Both the position numbers and the translations under genes were made by a program. Source: Sedimentisphaeraceae bacterium JB056 (GTDB lineage Bacteria; Planctomycetota; Phycisphaerae; Sedimentisphaerales; Sedimentisphaeraceae). Taken from it: DNA of 64,000 nucleotides. The stretch lies in NCBI GenBank assembly GCA_044440125.1, contig JBITAJ010000027.1, positions 192,001 through 256,000 on the forward strand. Direction: 5' to 3'. Positions 31,581 to 41,057 of the stretch are shown one piece after another. The notes beneath the pieces were generated by a model. It was given only the letters and a program-made list of their open reading frames with translations, was not told where the DNA came from and did no database searches. Position 1 is the first letter of the stretch; the number at the start of each line of letters is the position of its first letter.

Positions 31581-31887
31581 TTATCAATCCTTGTTATAAT
31601 AAGCGACCTGATTTTGAAATATAATATAATCGCTGAATGCGGTATATGATACCTGCTTTAGGTTTGGTATCAAGAAATACTGCAAATTAATGGATAAATT
31701 ACTGAGTTTTTACAAAAAAGACGACTGTAACCCTTCCTGAAAAGGTATTTTTTACAAAAAAGTCACTTTTTTTAGGCTTTTTGCAAAATTTTCCTTCCAT
31801 CGAAGGGTTATTTAATTATATTAGTCGTTCTATTTGTTATTGCGGGGAGCGGTCCCTACTGTACCCGCTGAAAATAGCAGTAAGGTT

Positions 31888-31960
31888 GCTGCTGTAGCTC
31901 AGTCGGTAGAGTACATCCTTGGTAAGGATGGGGTCATGGGTTCGAATCCCGTCAGCAGCA
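31888..31960 (+). tRNA. tRNA-Thr(GGT); CCA not encoded
   Basis: Acceptor stem GCTGCTG/CAGCAGC; anticodon arm CATCC-TTGGTAA-GGATG; GGTTCGAATCC T-loop. Confidence 0.97.
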
Positions 31961-32050
31961 TTGTAACGAAATAAACGACTGTGAGTAGCAGTCGTTTTTA
32001 ATAAGAATAGATAATTTAAGAGTAACCTAATTATTGGGGGTTAACCTGAA

Positions 32051-33259
32051 ATGGCAAAAGAAGTATACGAACGTACCAAACCTCACGTAAATATTGGTAC
32101 AATTGGTCATATCGACCACGGTAAAACTACCCTTACAGCCGCCATTACTATGCGTATGGCTGTAAAGCAGGGTACAAAGGCAAAACAGTTTGACGAAATT
32201 GACAACGCTCCTGAAGAGAAAGAGCGCGGTATTACAATTAATACAGCTCACGTTGAGTACGAGACAGATACTCGTCACTATGCTCACGTTGACTGTCCTG
32301 GTCACGCTGACTATGTTAAGAACATGATTACTGGTGCTGCTCAGATGGACGGCGCTATTCTTGTAGTAGCTGCATCTGACGGTCCTATGCCTCAGACTCG
32401 TGAGCACATCCTGCTCGCTCGTCAGGTAAACGTACCAAAAATCGTTGTATTCATGAACAAGGTTGATCAGGTTGATGATCCTGAGCTTATCGATCTCGTA
32501 GAAATGGAACTTCGTGAACTGCTCAGCAAGTATGACTTCCCTGGAGATGATATCCCTATCATCAAGGGTTCTGCTCTTGCGGCAGTAGAGTGCGAAGGTA
32601 AGGATGATGAGAAGTGTGCTCCTATTGACGAGCTTATGGCTTCAGTGGATGAGTACATCCCAATTCCTGAGCGTGCAGTAGATCAGACATTCCTTATGCC
32701 TGTTGAAGACGTATTTAGCATCAAGGGTCGTGGTACAGTAGGTACAGGCCGTGTTGAGCGTGGTATGATCAAGATCGGTGACGAAGTAGAGTTAGTTGGT
32801 ATAGTAGCTACTAAGAAGACTACTTGTACTGGTGTTGAAATGTTTAATAAGACACTTAACGAAGGTCAGGCCGGTGACAATGTTGGTCTTCTTCTTCGTG
32901 GTGTTGAGAAGAGTGATCTTGTACGTGGTCAGGTTATTGCTAAGCCAGGTTCAATCACACCTCATACTAAGTTCAAGTGTGAAGTTTATGTATTGACTAA
33001 AGAGGAAGGTGGCCGTCACAGCCCGTTCTTCAGCGGTTACCGTCCACAGTTCTACTTCAGAACTACAGACGTAACAGGTGCGGTTAATGAGATTACTTCT
33101 CGTGAAGGCAACCCTGTAGAAATGTGTATGCCTGGTGACAACATCGCTATGACCGTTGAAATCATCGCTCCTATCGCGATGGAAGAAGGTCTGCGTTTTG
33201 CTATCCGTGAAGGTGGTAGAACAGTAGGTGCCGGTGTTGTAACCGAAGTTATCGAATAA
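32051..33259 (+). CDS. tuf: Elongation factor Tu
   Basis: [27 protein letters not shown] motifs. Confidence 0.99.
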   Translation: MAKEVYERTKPHVNIGTIGHIDHGKTTLTAAITMRMAVKQGTKAKQFDEIDNAPEEKERGITINTAHVEYETDTRHYAHVDCPGHADYVKNMITGAAQMDGAILVVAASDGPMPQTREHILLARQVNVPKIVVFMNKVDQVDDPELIDLVEMELRELLSKYDFPGDDIPIIKGSALAAVECEGKDDEKCAPIDELMASVDEYIPIPERAVDQTFLMPVEDVFSIKGRGTVGTGRVERGMIKIGDEVELVGIVATKKTTCTGVEMFNKTLNEGQAGDNVGLLLRGVEKSDLVRGQVIAKPGSITPHTKFKCEVYVLTKEEGGRHSPFFSGYRPQFYFRTTDVTGAVNEITSREGNPVEMCMPGDNIAMTVEIIAPIAMEEGLRFAIREGGRTVGAGVVTEVIE

Positions 33260-33280
33260 TAAACAAAATATCGATTCTAC

Positions 33281-33315
33281 AAACCAGCCGATGCTACTGG
33301 TATCGGCTGGTTTTT
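33281..33315 (+). terminator. Terminator-like hairpin after tuf
   Basis: AAACCAGCCGAT/ATCGGCTGGTTT stem followed by Ts. Confidence 0.7.
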
Positions 33316-33346
33316 CCTTCTGCATAGCTAAAAGGAAGTCATCAAA

Positions 33347-33514
33347 ATGGCAAAAAATGCAAAAAGAGAATTTGTTTGGCTTGAGTGTAAAGAATGCGGC
33401 GAGCGTAACTACCGTACGGAAGTTAACGTAATGGGCGGTGTTCCGAAGCTCGAACTTAAAAAGTTCTGTAAAAAAGAGCGCAAGCATACAGAGCATAAGA
33501 TCAGGCGTAAATAA
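33347..33514 (+). CDS. rpmG: 50S ribosomal protein L33 (not in the ORF track)
   Basis: Hand translation: MAKNAKREFVWLECKECGERNYRTEVNVMGGVPKLELKKFCKKERKHTEHKIRRK*. Confidence 0.95.
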   Translation: MAKNAKREFVWLECKECGERNYRTEVNVMGGVPKLELKKFCKKERKHTEHKIRRK

Positions 33515-33526
33515 TCGTCTGAACAA

Positions 33527-33599
33527 AGGTCACTAGCTCAATTGGCAGAGCAGCGGTTTCCAAAACCGCAGGTTGGGGGTTCAAATCCCTCGTGACCTG
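33527..33599 (+). tRNA. tRNA-Trp(CCA); CCA tail not encoded
   Basis: Acceptor stem AGGTCAC/GTGACCT; anticodon arm GCGGT-TTCCAAA-ACCGC; canonical position before secE. Confidence 0.97.
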
Positions 33600-33696
33600 T
33601 TTTAGTTTTAGGCAAATATAACCGGCAGTAATGCATTATTTGCCTGATATTTGATTATGCGAAAAGTCACTGTGTTTTAGAGAATGGTGAAGGACA

Positions 33697-34086
33697 ATGC
33701 AATTACACATATATAAAAGAGGACATGGATACTACACGAGATTGTGGTCAGCTATTGCCTGTCTCGCGTTGGCGGCGATAGGTTGCTATAAATTGCATTC
33801 CAAACTCGCTTTGGCAGGTAATCCATGGGTTCAAAATCTGACACCTGCAGTCGTTTGGGCAATTCTTGCCTGGTTTGTTTACTGGGTTAGCAATCGTCCT
33901 AATTTGGCTGATTTTTTAATTGCCGCCGAAGGTGAATTGAAAAAAGTCAGCTGGTCGACAAAGCAGCAGGTTGTGGCATCAACAATGATAGTTATCTTTG
34001 TTGTATTGCTGATGTCTGTATTGCTTGGATCAGTCGACGTGCTGTTCAGATTGTTCTTCGATGTCTTAATAGGTCTCTACTCTTAA
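33697..34086 (+). CDS. secE: Preprotein translocase subunit SecE (three-TM form)
   Basis: E.ELKKVSW motif; lies between tRNA-Trp and nusG. Confidence 0.93.
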   Translation: MQLHIYKRGHGYYTRLWSAIACLALAAIGCYKLHSKLALAGNPWVQNLTPAVVWAILAWFVYWVSNRPNLADFLIAAEGELKKVSWSTKQQVVASTMIVIFVVLLMSVLLGSVDVLFRLFFDVLIGLYS

Positions 34087-34110
34087 ATTAAAGAATAGTG
34101 GGTTGATAAA

Positions 34111-34659
34111 ATGCAGTGGTATGTATTAAGAGTAGCTTCTAATAAGGAAAATCACGTTTGCGAAAGTCTTCAGCGTAAAGTTCAGGTAGAAGGACTTAGT
34201 GATCTTGTTGGCAGGATAGTGGTTCCTGCTGAGAAAATCAAACGCGGTGGACGCGGAGGCGTGCAGAGGGTTGTAACCCGCAAGCTTTATCCTGGATATG
34301 TGTTCATGGAGCTCGAGACTGATGAGAGTGGACGCATTCCTGAAAAGGTTTGGTTTATGATAAAGGAAACCATGGGTGTCGGTGATTTTATCGGTACTGA
34401 AGGTGTTCCTACGCCGATGCGTGACACTGATGTGGCACGTATGCTTAAGGAAGTAGAGCAGAAGGTTGAAGATACGCCAACTTTCAAGATGGACTTCCAG
34501 AAGGGCGATGTAGTTAAGATTAATGAAGGTGCTTTTGAGAATTTTGAAGGCACTGTAGATTCGCTTGATCCTGAACGCGGAATGGTACGCGTTATTGTGA
34601 GTATTTTCGGTAGAAGTACTCCTCTTGATATTGAATATTGGCAGATTGAAAAATCTTAA
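34111..34659 (+). CDS. nusG: Transcription termination/antitermination factor NusG
   Basis: WYVLRV, LYPGYVF, KOW motif, IFGRSTP. Confidence 0.97.
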   Translation: MQWYVLRVASNKENHVCESLQRKVQVEGLSDLVGRIVVPAEKIKRGGRGGVQRVVTRKLYPGYVFMELETDESGRIPEKVWFMIKETMGVGDFIGTEGVPTPMRDTDVARMLKEVEQKVEDTPTFKMDFQKGDVVKINEGAFENFEGTVDSLDPERGMVRVIVSIFGRSTPLDIEYWQIEKS

Positions 34660-34816
34660 AAAGCTGATATTCAGGGATAGCGATAAATAAAAAGTCGCGT
34701 TAGCGACAGGTATAGACCAGTTAACAGTCGAAACGGCTGTGCGGGAGAAGTGTATTCTCGCACAGATTGTTTGCGTTTATAGATATTATTACTTTTCAAC
34801 GAGGTTAGAAAAAGAT

Positions 34817-35242
34817 ATGGCCAAAGAGATAAAAAGTCAGATCAAGCTTCAGGCTCCTGGCGGAAAGGCGACACCAGCGCCTCCGATCGGTCCTGCACTT
34901 GGTCAGCACGGCGTTAATATCGGTCAGTTCGTTACTCAGTTCAACGAGAAGACTCGTGAACTCAACGGTATGACCGTGCCGGTAGTAATAAATGTTTACG
35001 ATGATAAGAGCTTTGATTTCATCGTAAAAAGTCCTCCTGCTGCAGTACTTCTGCTCAAAGAAGCAGGCCTTGAAAAAGGAAGCGGCGAGCCTAACACCAA
35101 TAAAGTTGGTAAGGTTACCAAAGAGCAGATCAGAAGAATTTCTGAAACAAAAATGAACGACCTTAATGCTTTCACCCCTGAAGCGGCAGACCGTATTATC
35201 GAGGGTACAGCCCGCAGTATGGGTCTCGAAGTAGAAGGCTAA
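34817..35242 (+). CDS. rplK: 50S ribosomal protein L11
   Basis: [25 protein letters not shown]; start placed at ATG 34817. Confidence 0.98.
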   Translation: MAKEIKSQIKLQAPGGKATPAPPIGPALGQHGVNIGQFVTQFNEKTRELNGMTVPVVINVYDDKSFDFIVKSPPAAVLLLKEAGLEKGSGEPNTNKVGKVTKEQIRRISETKMNDLNAFTPEAADRIIEGTARSMGLEVEG

Positions 35243-35316
35243 AATGTATTGAATGCTTACCACGGCTAAATAGTGGGAGCGTATTCTAAAGTTAAAAACT
35301 TTAACGCGGAGTAATA

Positions 35317-35994
35317 ATGGCAAAAAAAAGTAAAAGATATTTGAAAGCGGAAAAGATAAAGACTAAGGAAGTACTGGCTTTGCCGGATGCTGTCAAACGT
35401 CTTAAATCGTTTACCGCTACAAAGTTTGACCAGTCCGTTGAGATCGTAATGCTTCTTGGCATCGATCCACGTCAGGCAGATCAGCTCGTTCGTGGAGCTA
35501 TAAGCCTTCCTAACGGTATTGGTAAAAGCAAGAATGTAATCGCGTTTTGCGATGATTCAGAAGCTGAAGCAGCTAAAGCAGCAGGTGCTGTAGAGGCTGG
35601 TTGTGATGATCTCGTTGAAAAAGTAGCTGGCGGATGGCTTGATTTTGATGTAGCTATCGCTTCTCCAAAAGTAATGGGTAAGGTTGGTAAGCTTGGTCGT
35701 GTGCTTGGTCCACAGGGCAAGATGCCTTCGCCTAAAAACGGTACCGTGACACCGGATGTTGCCACAGCCGTATCTGAGTTTGCTGCCGGTAAGGTAGAAT
35801 TCAGGAACGATGATGGTGGAAATATTCATGCACTGGTAGGTAAATTGAGTTTTGATGATGACAAACTTATCGGAAACATACAGGCCTTCATCGATAATAT
35901 CGAAAAGATGAGACCTTCTTCAATAAAGGGTACATATGTAAAGAAGATTTGCATAAGTGCTACTATGAGTCCGAGTGTCATGGTTCAGGCCTAA
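35317..35994 (+). CDS. rplA: 50S ribosomal protein L1
   Basis: KFDQSVE, LGRVLGPQGKMPSPK.GTVT motifs. Confidence 0.98.
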   Translation: MAKKSKRYLKAEKIKTKEVLALPDAVKRLKSFTATKFDQSVEIVMLLGIDPRQADQLVRGAISLPNGIGKSKNVIAFCDDSEAEAAKAAGAVEAGCDDLVEKVAGGWLDFDVAIASPKVMGKVGKLGRVLGPQGKMPSPKNGTVTPDVATAVSEFAAGKVEFRNDDGGNIHALVGKLSFDDDKLIGNIQAFIDNIEKMRPSSIKGTYVKKICISATMSPSVMVQA

Positions 35995-36023
35995 ACCGTT
36001 AACCAGTATTATAAGGTGATATA

Positions 36024-36551
36024 ATGAGTAAGTTTGTAAAAGAATTACTTCAGAAAGAGTTTGAAACACTCTTTGGTGATACGAATGAGTTTGTTGTTAT
36101 CGATACAGATGGTGTAGGCGGTAATGATAATAATATGATGCGTGGCGAGCTTAGCAATAAGGGTATAAGATTGCGTGTTGTTCGCAACTCTCTTATGCGT
36201 AAGGCTATGGATGATCTTGATATGCCTACTGCTAAGGATCTGTTTACAGATGGCCCATGTACAGTTGCTTTCGGCGGCGACAGCGTTGTTGACGTAGCCA
36301 AGGAAGTTGTTGACTGGGCAAAGAAGATCAAGGCTATCGAGTTGAAGGGCGCTTATGTTGACGGCGAACTCGTACTTGGTAAAGGCGTTGTAGATCTTTC
36401 TAAGATGCCAAACCGTGCAGAACTTCAGGCACAGGTTGTACAGATCGCTCTTACCCCAGGTTCAAATATCGCAGGTGCGGTTACAAGCCCGGCTTCAAAT
36501 ATTGCCGGCTGCCTGAAGACAATTATCGACAAGGGCGAAGAAGCAGCGTAA
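36024..36551 (+). CDS. rplJ: 50S ribosomal protein L10
   Basis: VVRNSL, GP..VAF, LSKMP.R.EL motifs; synteny. Confidence 0.95.
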   Translation: MSKFVKELLQKEFETLFGDTNEFVVIDTDGVGGNDNNMMRGELSNKGIRLRVVRNSLMRKAMDDLDMPTAKDLFTDGPCTVAFGGDSVVDVAKEVVDWAKKIKAIELKGAYVDGELVLGKGVVDLSKMPNRAELQAQVVQIALTPGSNIAGAVTSPASNIAGCLKTIIDKGEEAA

Positions 36552-36717
36552 GTATAGATTTAGCCGCGTTTGCGTTGTGCATGCGTGGGATTGAATGAAT
36601 AATTAATAAAGATAGAAACTATCTTAAATAAACGCCTCAGATGGTTGTCCCCAAAGCGGGTTAAACGTGATGTGTTGTCGCGGCTGTCATCGGGCATTAT
36701 TACAGGAGTATATAGCA

Positions 36718-37122
36718 ATGAGCGAAGAAGCTAAAACATGGAATGCAGACATTAAAGAAATCGGCGATAAGATTGTAGCACTTACACTTATGCAGGCAAA
36801 AGAACTTGCTGACTACCTCAAAGAAGAGTACGGCATTGAGCCAGCAGCCGGTGGCGCTGTAATGATGGCTGGTCCTGCTGCAGGTGGCGATGCTGCTGAA
36901 GCAGAAGAAAAGACAAGTTTTAATGTTATTCTTGAAGCAGTAGGCGATAAGAAGATCGCTGTTATTAAAGAAGTACGCGCAATCACAGCTCTTGGTCTTA
37001 AAGAAGCTAAGGAACTCGTAGATGGAGCTCCAAAGGCTGTTAAAGAAGGCGTGAGCAAAGATGAAGCTGAAGAGATGAAAAAGCAGCTCGAATCAGCTGG
37101 CGCAACAGTAAAGATCGACTAA
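36718..37122 (+). CDS. rplL: 50S ribosomal protein L7/L12
   Basis: [36 protein letters not shown] before ATG 36718. Confidence 0.98.
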   Translation: MSEEAKTWNADIKEIGDKIVALTLMQAKELADYLKEEYGIEPAAGGAVMMAGPAAGGDAAEAEEKTSFNVILEAVGDKKIAVIKEVRAITALGLKEAKELVDGAPKAVKEGVSKDEAEEMKKQLESAGATVKID

Positions 37123-37153
37123 TTCGGCTTGTCCGTATTAACCTGGATTTATC

Positions 37154-37193
37154 GGTGTTAGGGCGAAAAAGACTTCTTTTTTGCCCTAACACC
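37154..37193 (+). promoter_or_regulatory. Long hairpin in the rplL-rpoB spacer (attenuator or processing site)
   Basis: GGTGTTAGGGC/GCCCTAACACC perfect 11-bp stem; lacks a strong U-tract. Confidence 0.55.
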
Positions 37194-37260
37194 TTCCCTG
37201 CTTATATATAGATACCAGTTTTTATTGTTACCAAAAACTTGATGAAGTGGAGAAAAATTA

Positions 37261-40200
37261 ATGGGGTCTTGTAATAGACGCGATTTTGGAAAAATAGGTG
37301 ATGCCATACCGGTGCCCGACCTAACTCTAATGCAGAGAGAGAGTTATGCTGAATTTTTGCAGCTTAAAGTCTCTCCTCAGAAGAGGATTAATTTTGGTCT
37401 TGAGGCGGTATTCCGTGAAGCGTTTCCGATCGAGGGGCAGGATCTTGTACTTGATTATAAATATTATGAACTTGAGAAGCCCCGTTATACCCCGCGTGAA
37501 TGTAAAGAGCTGAAGCTTACTTACGGCTATCCGCTGCGGGTTACGTTTCAGTTGACCAACAGGAAACGTGATGAGGTTATAGAGCAGTCTATATTCCTCG
37601 GTGATATGCCTATAATGCTTGGCGGTGGTACTTTCATAATCAATGGTGCCGAGCGTGTAATTGTTAGTCAGCTCCATAGAGGTCCTGGTGTGGACTTTGG
37701 AATTGAGAACAAGGAAGGCGACCGTATTCTCCACGGCGGACGTATTATTCCTGAACGTGGAAGTTGGCTTGAAGTAAGTGTAACCAAAAAAGACAATCTT
37801 ATCGTTAAGATAGATCAGTCAAACAAGCTTCTTGCTACGGTATTCTTGCGTGCGATGGCTCCTGAATATGGAACAGCTGCTGCGATCCTCCGTTTGTTCT
37901 ATGAAACAGAGGACATGCCTGTAACAAAGCTTGAGCCTACAATGTGGGCGGTATGTCCGATTGTTGACACCGATACTGGTGAGATCATTGTAAACAGTGC
38001 TCAGCAAATCGGCGAGAGAATCGGTCAGATACAGGCAAGCAATCTTGAAACTGTTGAAGTTATCAGTAAGGTAAGTGATTTCCTTATCTTAAATACGCTT
38101 GCTGAAGATGAGTGTGAAGCATACGAACACGCTCTTATTAAAATATACGGAAAGCTTCGTCCCGGTAACCCTGCTAATGTTGAAAAAGCTCAACAGCTCT
38201 TTATTGAGAGATTTTATGACGACAGTCGTTATCGTCTTGGCAAGGTGGGTCGTTTCAGGCTTAACCGTAAATTTGGTACAGAAGTTGAAGAAGACCTGCA
38301 GATACTCAGGCCTGATGATTATATCAACGTTCTGAAATATATAATTGGTCTGCGCGAGAACAAAGGTGAAATCGATGATATCGATCATCTTGGAAACAGA
38401 CGCGTACGTACAGTTGGTGAATTGGCTTCTGATGAGATTCGTAAGGGTCTTCTCAAGCTTCGCAGAACTGTCACAGACCGTATTAATTCGAAATTACCCG
38501 AAGATGTAACTAAGATAGGTGATATTGTAAACTCAAAGAGTGTTGCAAACCATATCGATTCATTCTTCGGCCGTGGCGAGCTAAGTCAGGTTGTTGACCA
38601 GACGAACTGCTTGAGCCAGCTTACTCACGAAAGACGTTTGAGTGCGTTGGGTCCTGGCGGTTTGAACAGAAAACGTGCCGGCTTTGAAGTTCGTGACGTT
38701 CATATTAGTCATTACGGACGTATTTGTCCTATTGAAACTCCTGAAGGTGCCAATATTGGTCTTATCTCATCTCTTGGTGTATTCGCCAGTCTTGATGAGT
38801 ATGGATTCCTCATGACGCCTTACAGGAAGATTGCTGATGGAAAGATCTCTGAGCAGATCGAATACCTCCGTGCTGACAGAGAGATGGAATTGATCTTCTC
38901 TCCACCAAGTGCTGTTGACCCTGAGACAAAAGAACTTCTCAAAGGTTTGGTACTTGCTCGTGACCATGGTGAGCTTAGTCAGGTTGACAGCGAGATTGTT
39001 GAATACGTTGACGTTTCACCAAAGCAGACTGTCGGTATTTCCGCATCATTGATTCCGTTCCTGGATCATGATGATGCTAACCGTGCATTGATGGGTTCTA
39101 ACATGATGAGGCAGGCAGTGCCGCTTCTTCAGACGGATGCTCCGCTGGTAGGTACCGGTATGGAAGATTCTGTCGCTCAGAACTCAAGTATGGTAATTAA
39201 GGCGGAAGTCGGCGGTACAATCACTTATGTTGATGCCAATAAGATTGTTATTGACAGGCGTGATGAGTACATTCTCCGTAAATTTGATAAGCTTAACGAG
39301 AGAACATGTCTCAATCAGACACCGATTGTTAAGAAAGGTCAGGTTGTTAAGACCGGTCAGATCATAGCAGATGGTGGTGCTACAGACAATGGACGTCTTG
39401 CCCTTGGTAAGAATGTTCTTGTGGCTTTCGTACCGTTTGATGGTTACAACTTTGAGGATGCTATCCTTATTAACGAGAATCTTGTTAAGGAAGACACCTT
39501 TACAAGTATTCATATAGATGAGTTTGATGTTGAAGTTCGTGAGACCAAGCTTGGACGTGAGGAGTTCACACGCGATATACCGAATGTTGGTGAAAAGATG
39601 CTTCGCAATCTTGATGCAGGCGGTGTAGTTCGCGAAGGAACAAGAGTTGGTCCTGGAGACATTCTTGTTGGTAAGGTGTCGCCAAAGAGCAAAACTGAAC
39701 TCTCTCCTGAAGAGAAATTGCTTCATGCTATTTTTGGACGTGCAGGTGAGGATGTAAAGAACGACTCGCTCACTATGCCAAGTGGTCATGAAGGTGTTGT
39801 TATCGGAACACGTCACTTTAAGCGTTACACAGCTACTACTGATGCTGAGAAGAAGGTGCTTAAAGAAGAGATCGAGCTTCTTGAAGAGGATAGTATCGAG
39901 AAGCAGGTACATCTATTCAGACTTATGATGGAAGATGTTCATGCTAAGATTGACGGTGTTGATTTTGTAGATAATGAGACACTTCAGGAAGTAGGCGCAA
40001 GTGATAATGATGATGTTATCATTGAGCAGATCGAGCGTTTTACTCTTGATTGGCTCAAGCAGCCTGAAAAGCTCGAAGAGGTTCGCAAGGTCATAGATAT
40101 GTACTGGCCTAAGATCGTTGAGCTTCAGGAAGATCTTGCACGTGATGTTGATCGCAAGAAACGCGGAGATGAACTGCCAAACGGCGTTCTTGAAAAAGTC

Positions 40201-41013
40201 CGTGTTTATATAGCTACAAAGCGTTCCCTGTCGGTTGGTGATAAGATGGCCGGTCGTCACGGTAACAAGGGTATTATTGCGAAGATAATGCCGCAGGAAG
40301 ACATGCCGTTCCTTGATGATGGTACTCCTGTTCAAATCGTTCTTAATCCGCTTGGTGTACCTTCGCGTATGAACGTTGGACAGATTCTTGAAACTCATCT
40401 TGGCTGGACAGCAAAGGTATTGGGCTTCGATGCAATCACTCCGGTATTCGATGGAGCTGATGAAGCAGAGATACATAAGCTCACTGCTGAAGCGAATGAA
40501 TATGTTACGAAAAAAGCTGCTGACCTGGAAGAGAAAAAAGAAGCTCTGCCGGCAGAAGATACTTTCGCTACAATTCCTGAGACGCTTAAGACACAGCTTT
40601 ATGATGGACGTACAGGTGAGCCGTTCGAGCAGCGTGCTACTGTAGGTTATATGTATATGCTTAAACTTCACCACTTGGTGGATGAAAAGATACATGCAAG
40701 AGCAACAGGACCTTACAGTCTTATCACACAGCAGCCTCTTGGCGGTAAGGCCAGAACTGGTGGTCAGAGGTTCGGTGAAATGGAAGTGTGGGCGCTTGAA
40801 GGTTATGGCGCCGCTTATACACTTCAGGAGTTGCTCACAGTTAAGAGTGATGATATTGAAGGACGCAGCAAGATCTACGAATCAATGGTTAAGGGCAATA
40901 ACTCGCTGCAGGCGGGTACACCTGTATCATTCGATGTTCTCTGTAACGAGATCAAGGGTCTTGGTCTGAATATCAGACTTGAAAAGAGTAAAAAAGGTAA
41001 TTCGCCATTCTAA
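37261..41013 (+). CDS. rpoB: RNA polymerase beta subunit
   Basis: FIINGAERVIVSQLHR, GDKMAGRHGNKG, GGQRFGEMEVWALE motifs. Confidence 0.99.
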   Translation: MGSCNRRDFGKIGDAIPVPDLTLMQRESYAEFLQLKVSPQKRINFGLEAVFREAFPIEGQDLVLDYKYYELEKPRYTPRECKELKLTYGYPLRVTFQLTNRKRDEVIEQSIFLGDMPIMLGGGTFIINGAERVIVSQLHRGPGVDFGIENKEGDRILHGGRIIPERGSWLEVSVTKKDNLIVKIDQSNKLLATVFLRAMAPEYGTAAAILRLFYETEDMPVTKLEPTMWAVCPIVDTDTGEIIVNSAQQIGERIGQIQASNLETVEVISKVSDFLILNTLAEDECEAYEHALIKIYGKLRPGNPANVEKAQQLFIERFYDDSRYRLGKVGRFRLNRKFGTEVEEDLQILRPDDYINVLKYIIGLRENKGEIDDIDHLGNRRVRTVGELASDEIRKGLLKLRRTVTDRINSKLPEDVTKIGDIVNSKSVANHIDSFFGRGELSQVVDQTNCLSQLTHERRLSALGPGGLNRKRAGFEVRDVHISHYGRICPIETPEGANIGLISSLGVFASLDEYGFLMTPYRKIADGKISEQIEYLRADREMELIFSPPSAVDPETKELLKGLVLARDHGELSQVDSEIVEYVDVSPKQTVGISASLIPFLDHDDANRALMGSNMMRQAVPLLQTDAPLVGTGMEDSVAQNSSMVIKAEVGGTITYVDANKIVIDRRDEYILRKFDKLNERTCLNQTPIVKKGQVVKTGQIIADGGATDNGRLALGKNVLVAFVPFDGYNFEDAILINENLVKEDTFTSIHIDEFDVEVRETKLGREEFTRDIPNVGEKMLRNLDAGGVVREGTRVGPGDILVGKVSPKSKTELSPEEKLLHAIFGRAGEDVKNDSLTMPSGHEGVVIGTRHFKRYTATTDAEKKVLKEEIELLEEDSIEKQVHLFRLMMEDVHAKIDGVDFVDNETLQEVGASDNDDVIIEQIERFTLDWLKQPEKLEEVRKVIDMYWPKIVELQEDLARDVDRKKRGDELPNGVLEKVRVYIATKRSLSVGDKMAGRHGNKGIIAKIMPQEDMPFLDDGTPVQIVLNPLGVPSRMNVGQILETHLGWTAKVLGFDAITPVFDGADEAEIHKLTAEANEYVTKKAADLEEKKEALPAEDTFATIPETLKTQLYDGRTGEPFEQRATVGYMYMLKLHHLVDEKIHARATGPYSLITQQPLGGKARTGGQRFGEMEVWALEGYGAAYTLQELLTVKSDDIEGRSKIYESMVKGNNSLQAGTPVSFDVLCNEIKGLGLNIRLEKSKKGNSPF

Positions 41014-41057
41014 TGGCGTTATAATACAGTCGCCTTATATAGGGAGTTGACCTTACA

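Noticed and set aside
33075..33120. Short insertion in EF-Tu domain 3 ([10 protein letters not shown])
   Set aside because: Similar loop insertions occur in EF-Tu of other lineages, so it is not distinctive.
31888..33599. tRNA genes as integration sites for an island
   Set aside because: No duplicated tRNA 3' end or integrase was seen, and the flanking genes are in canonical order.
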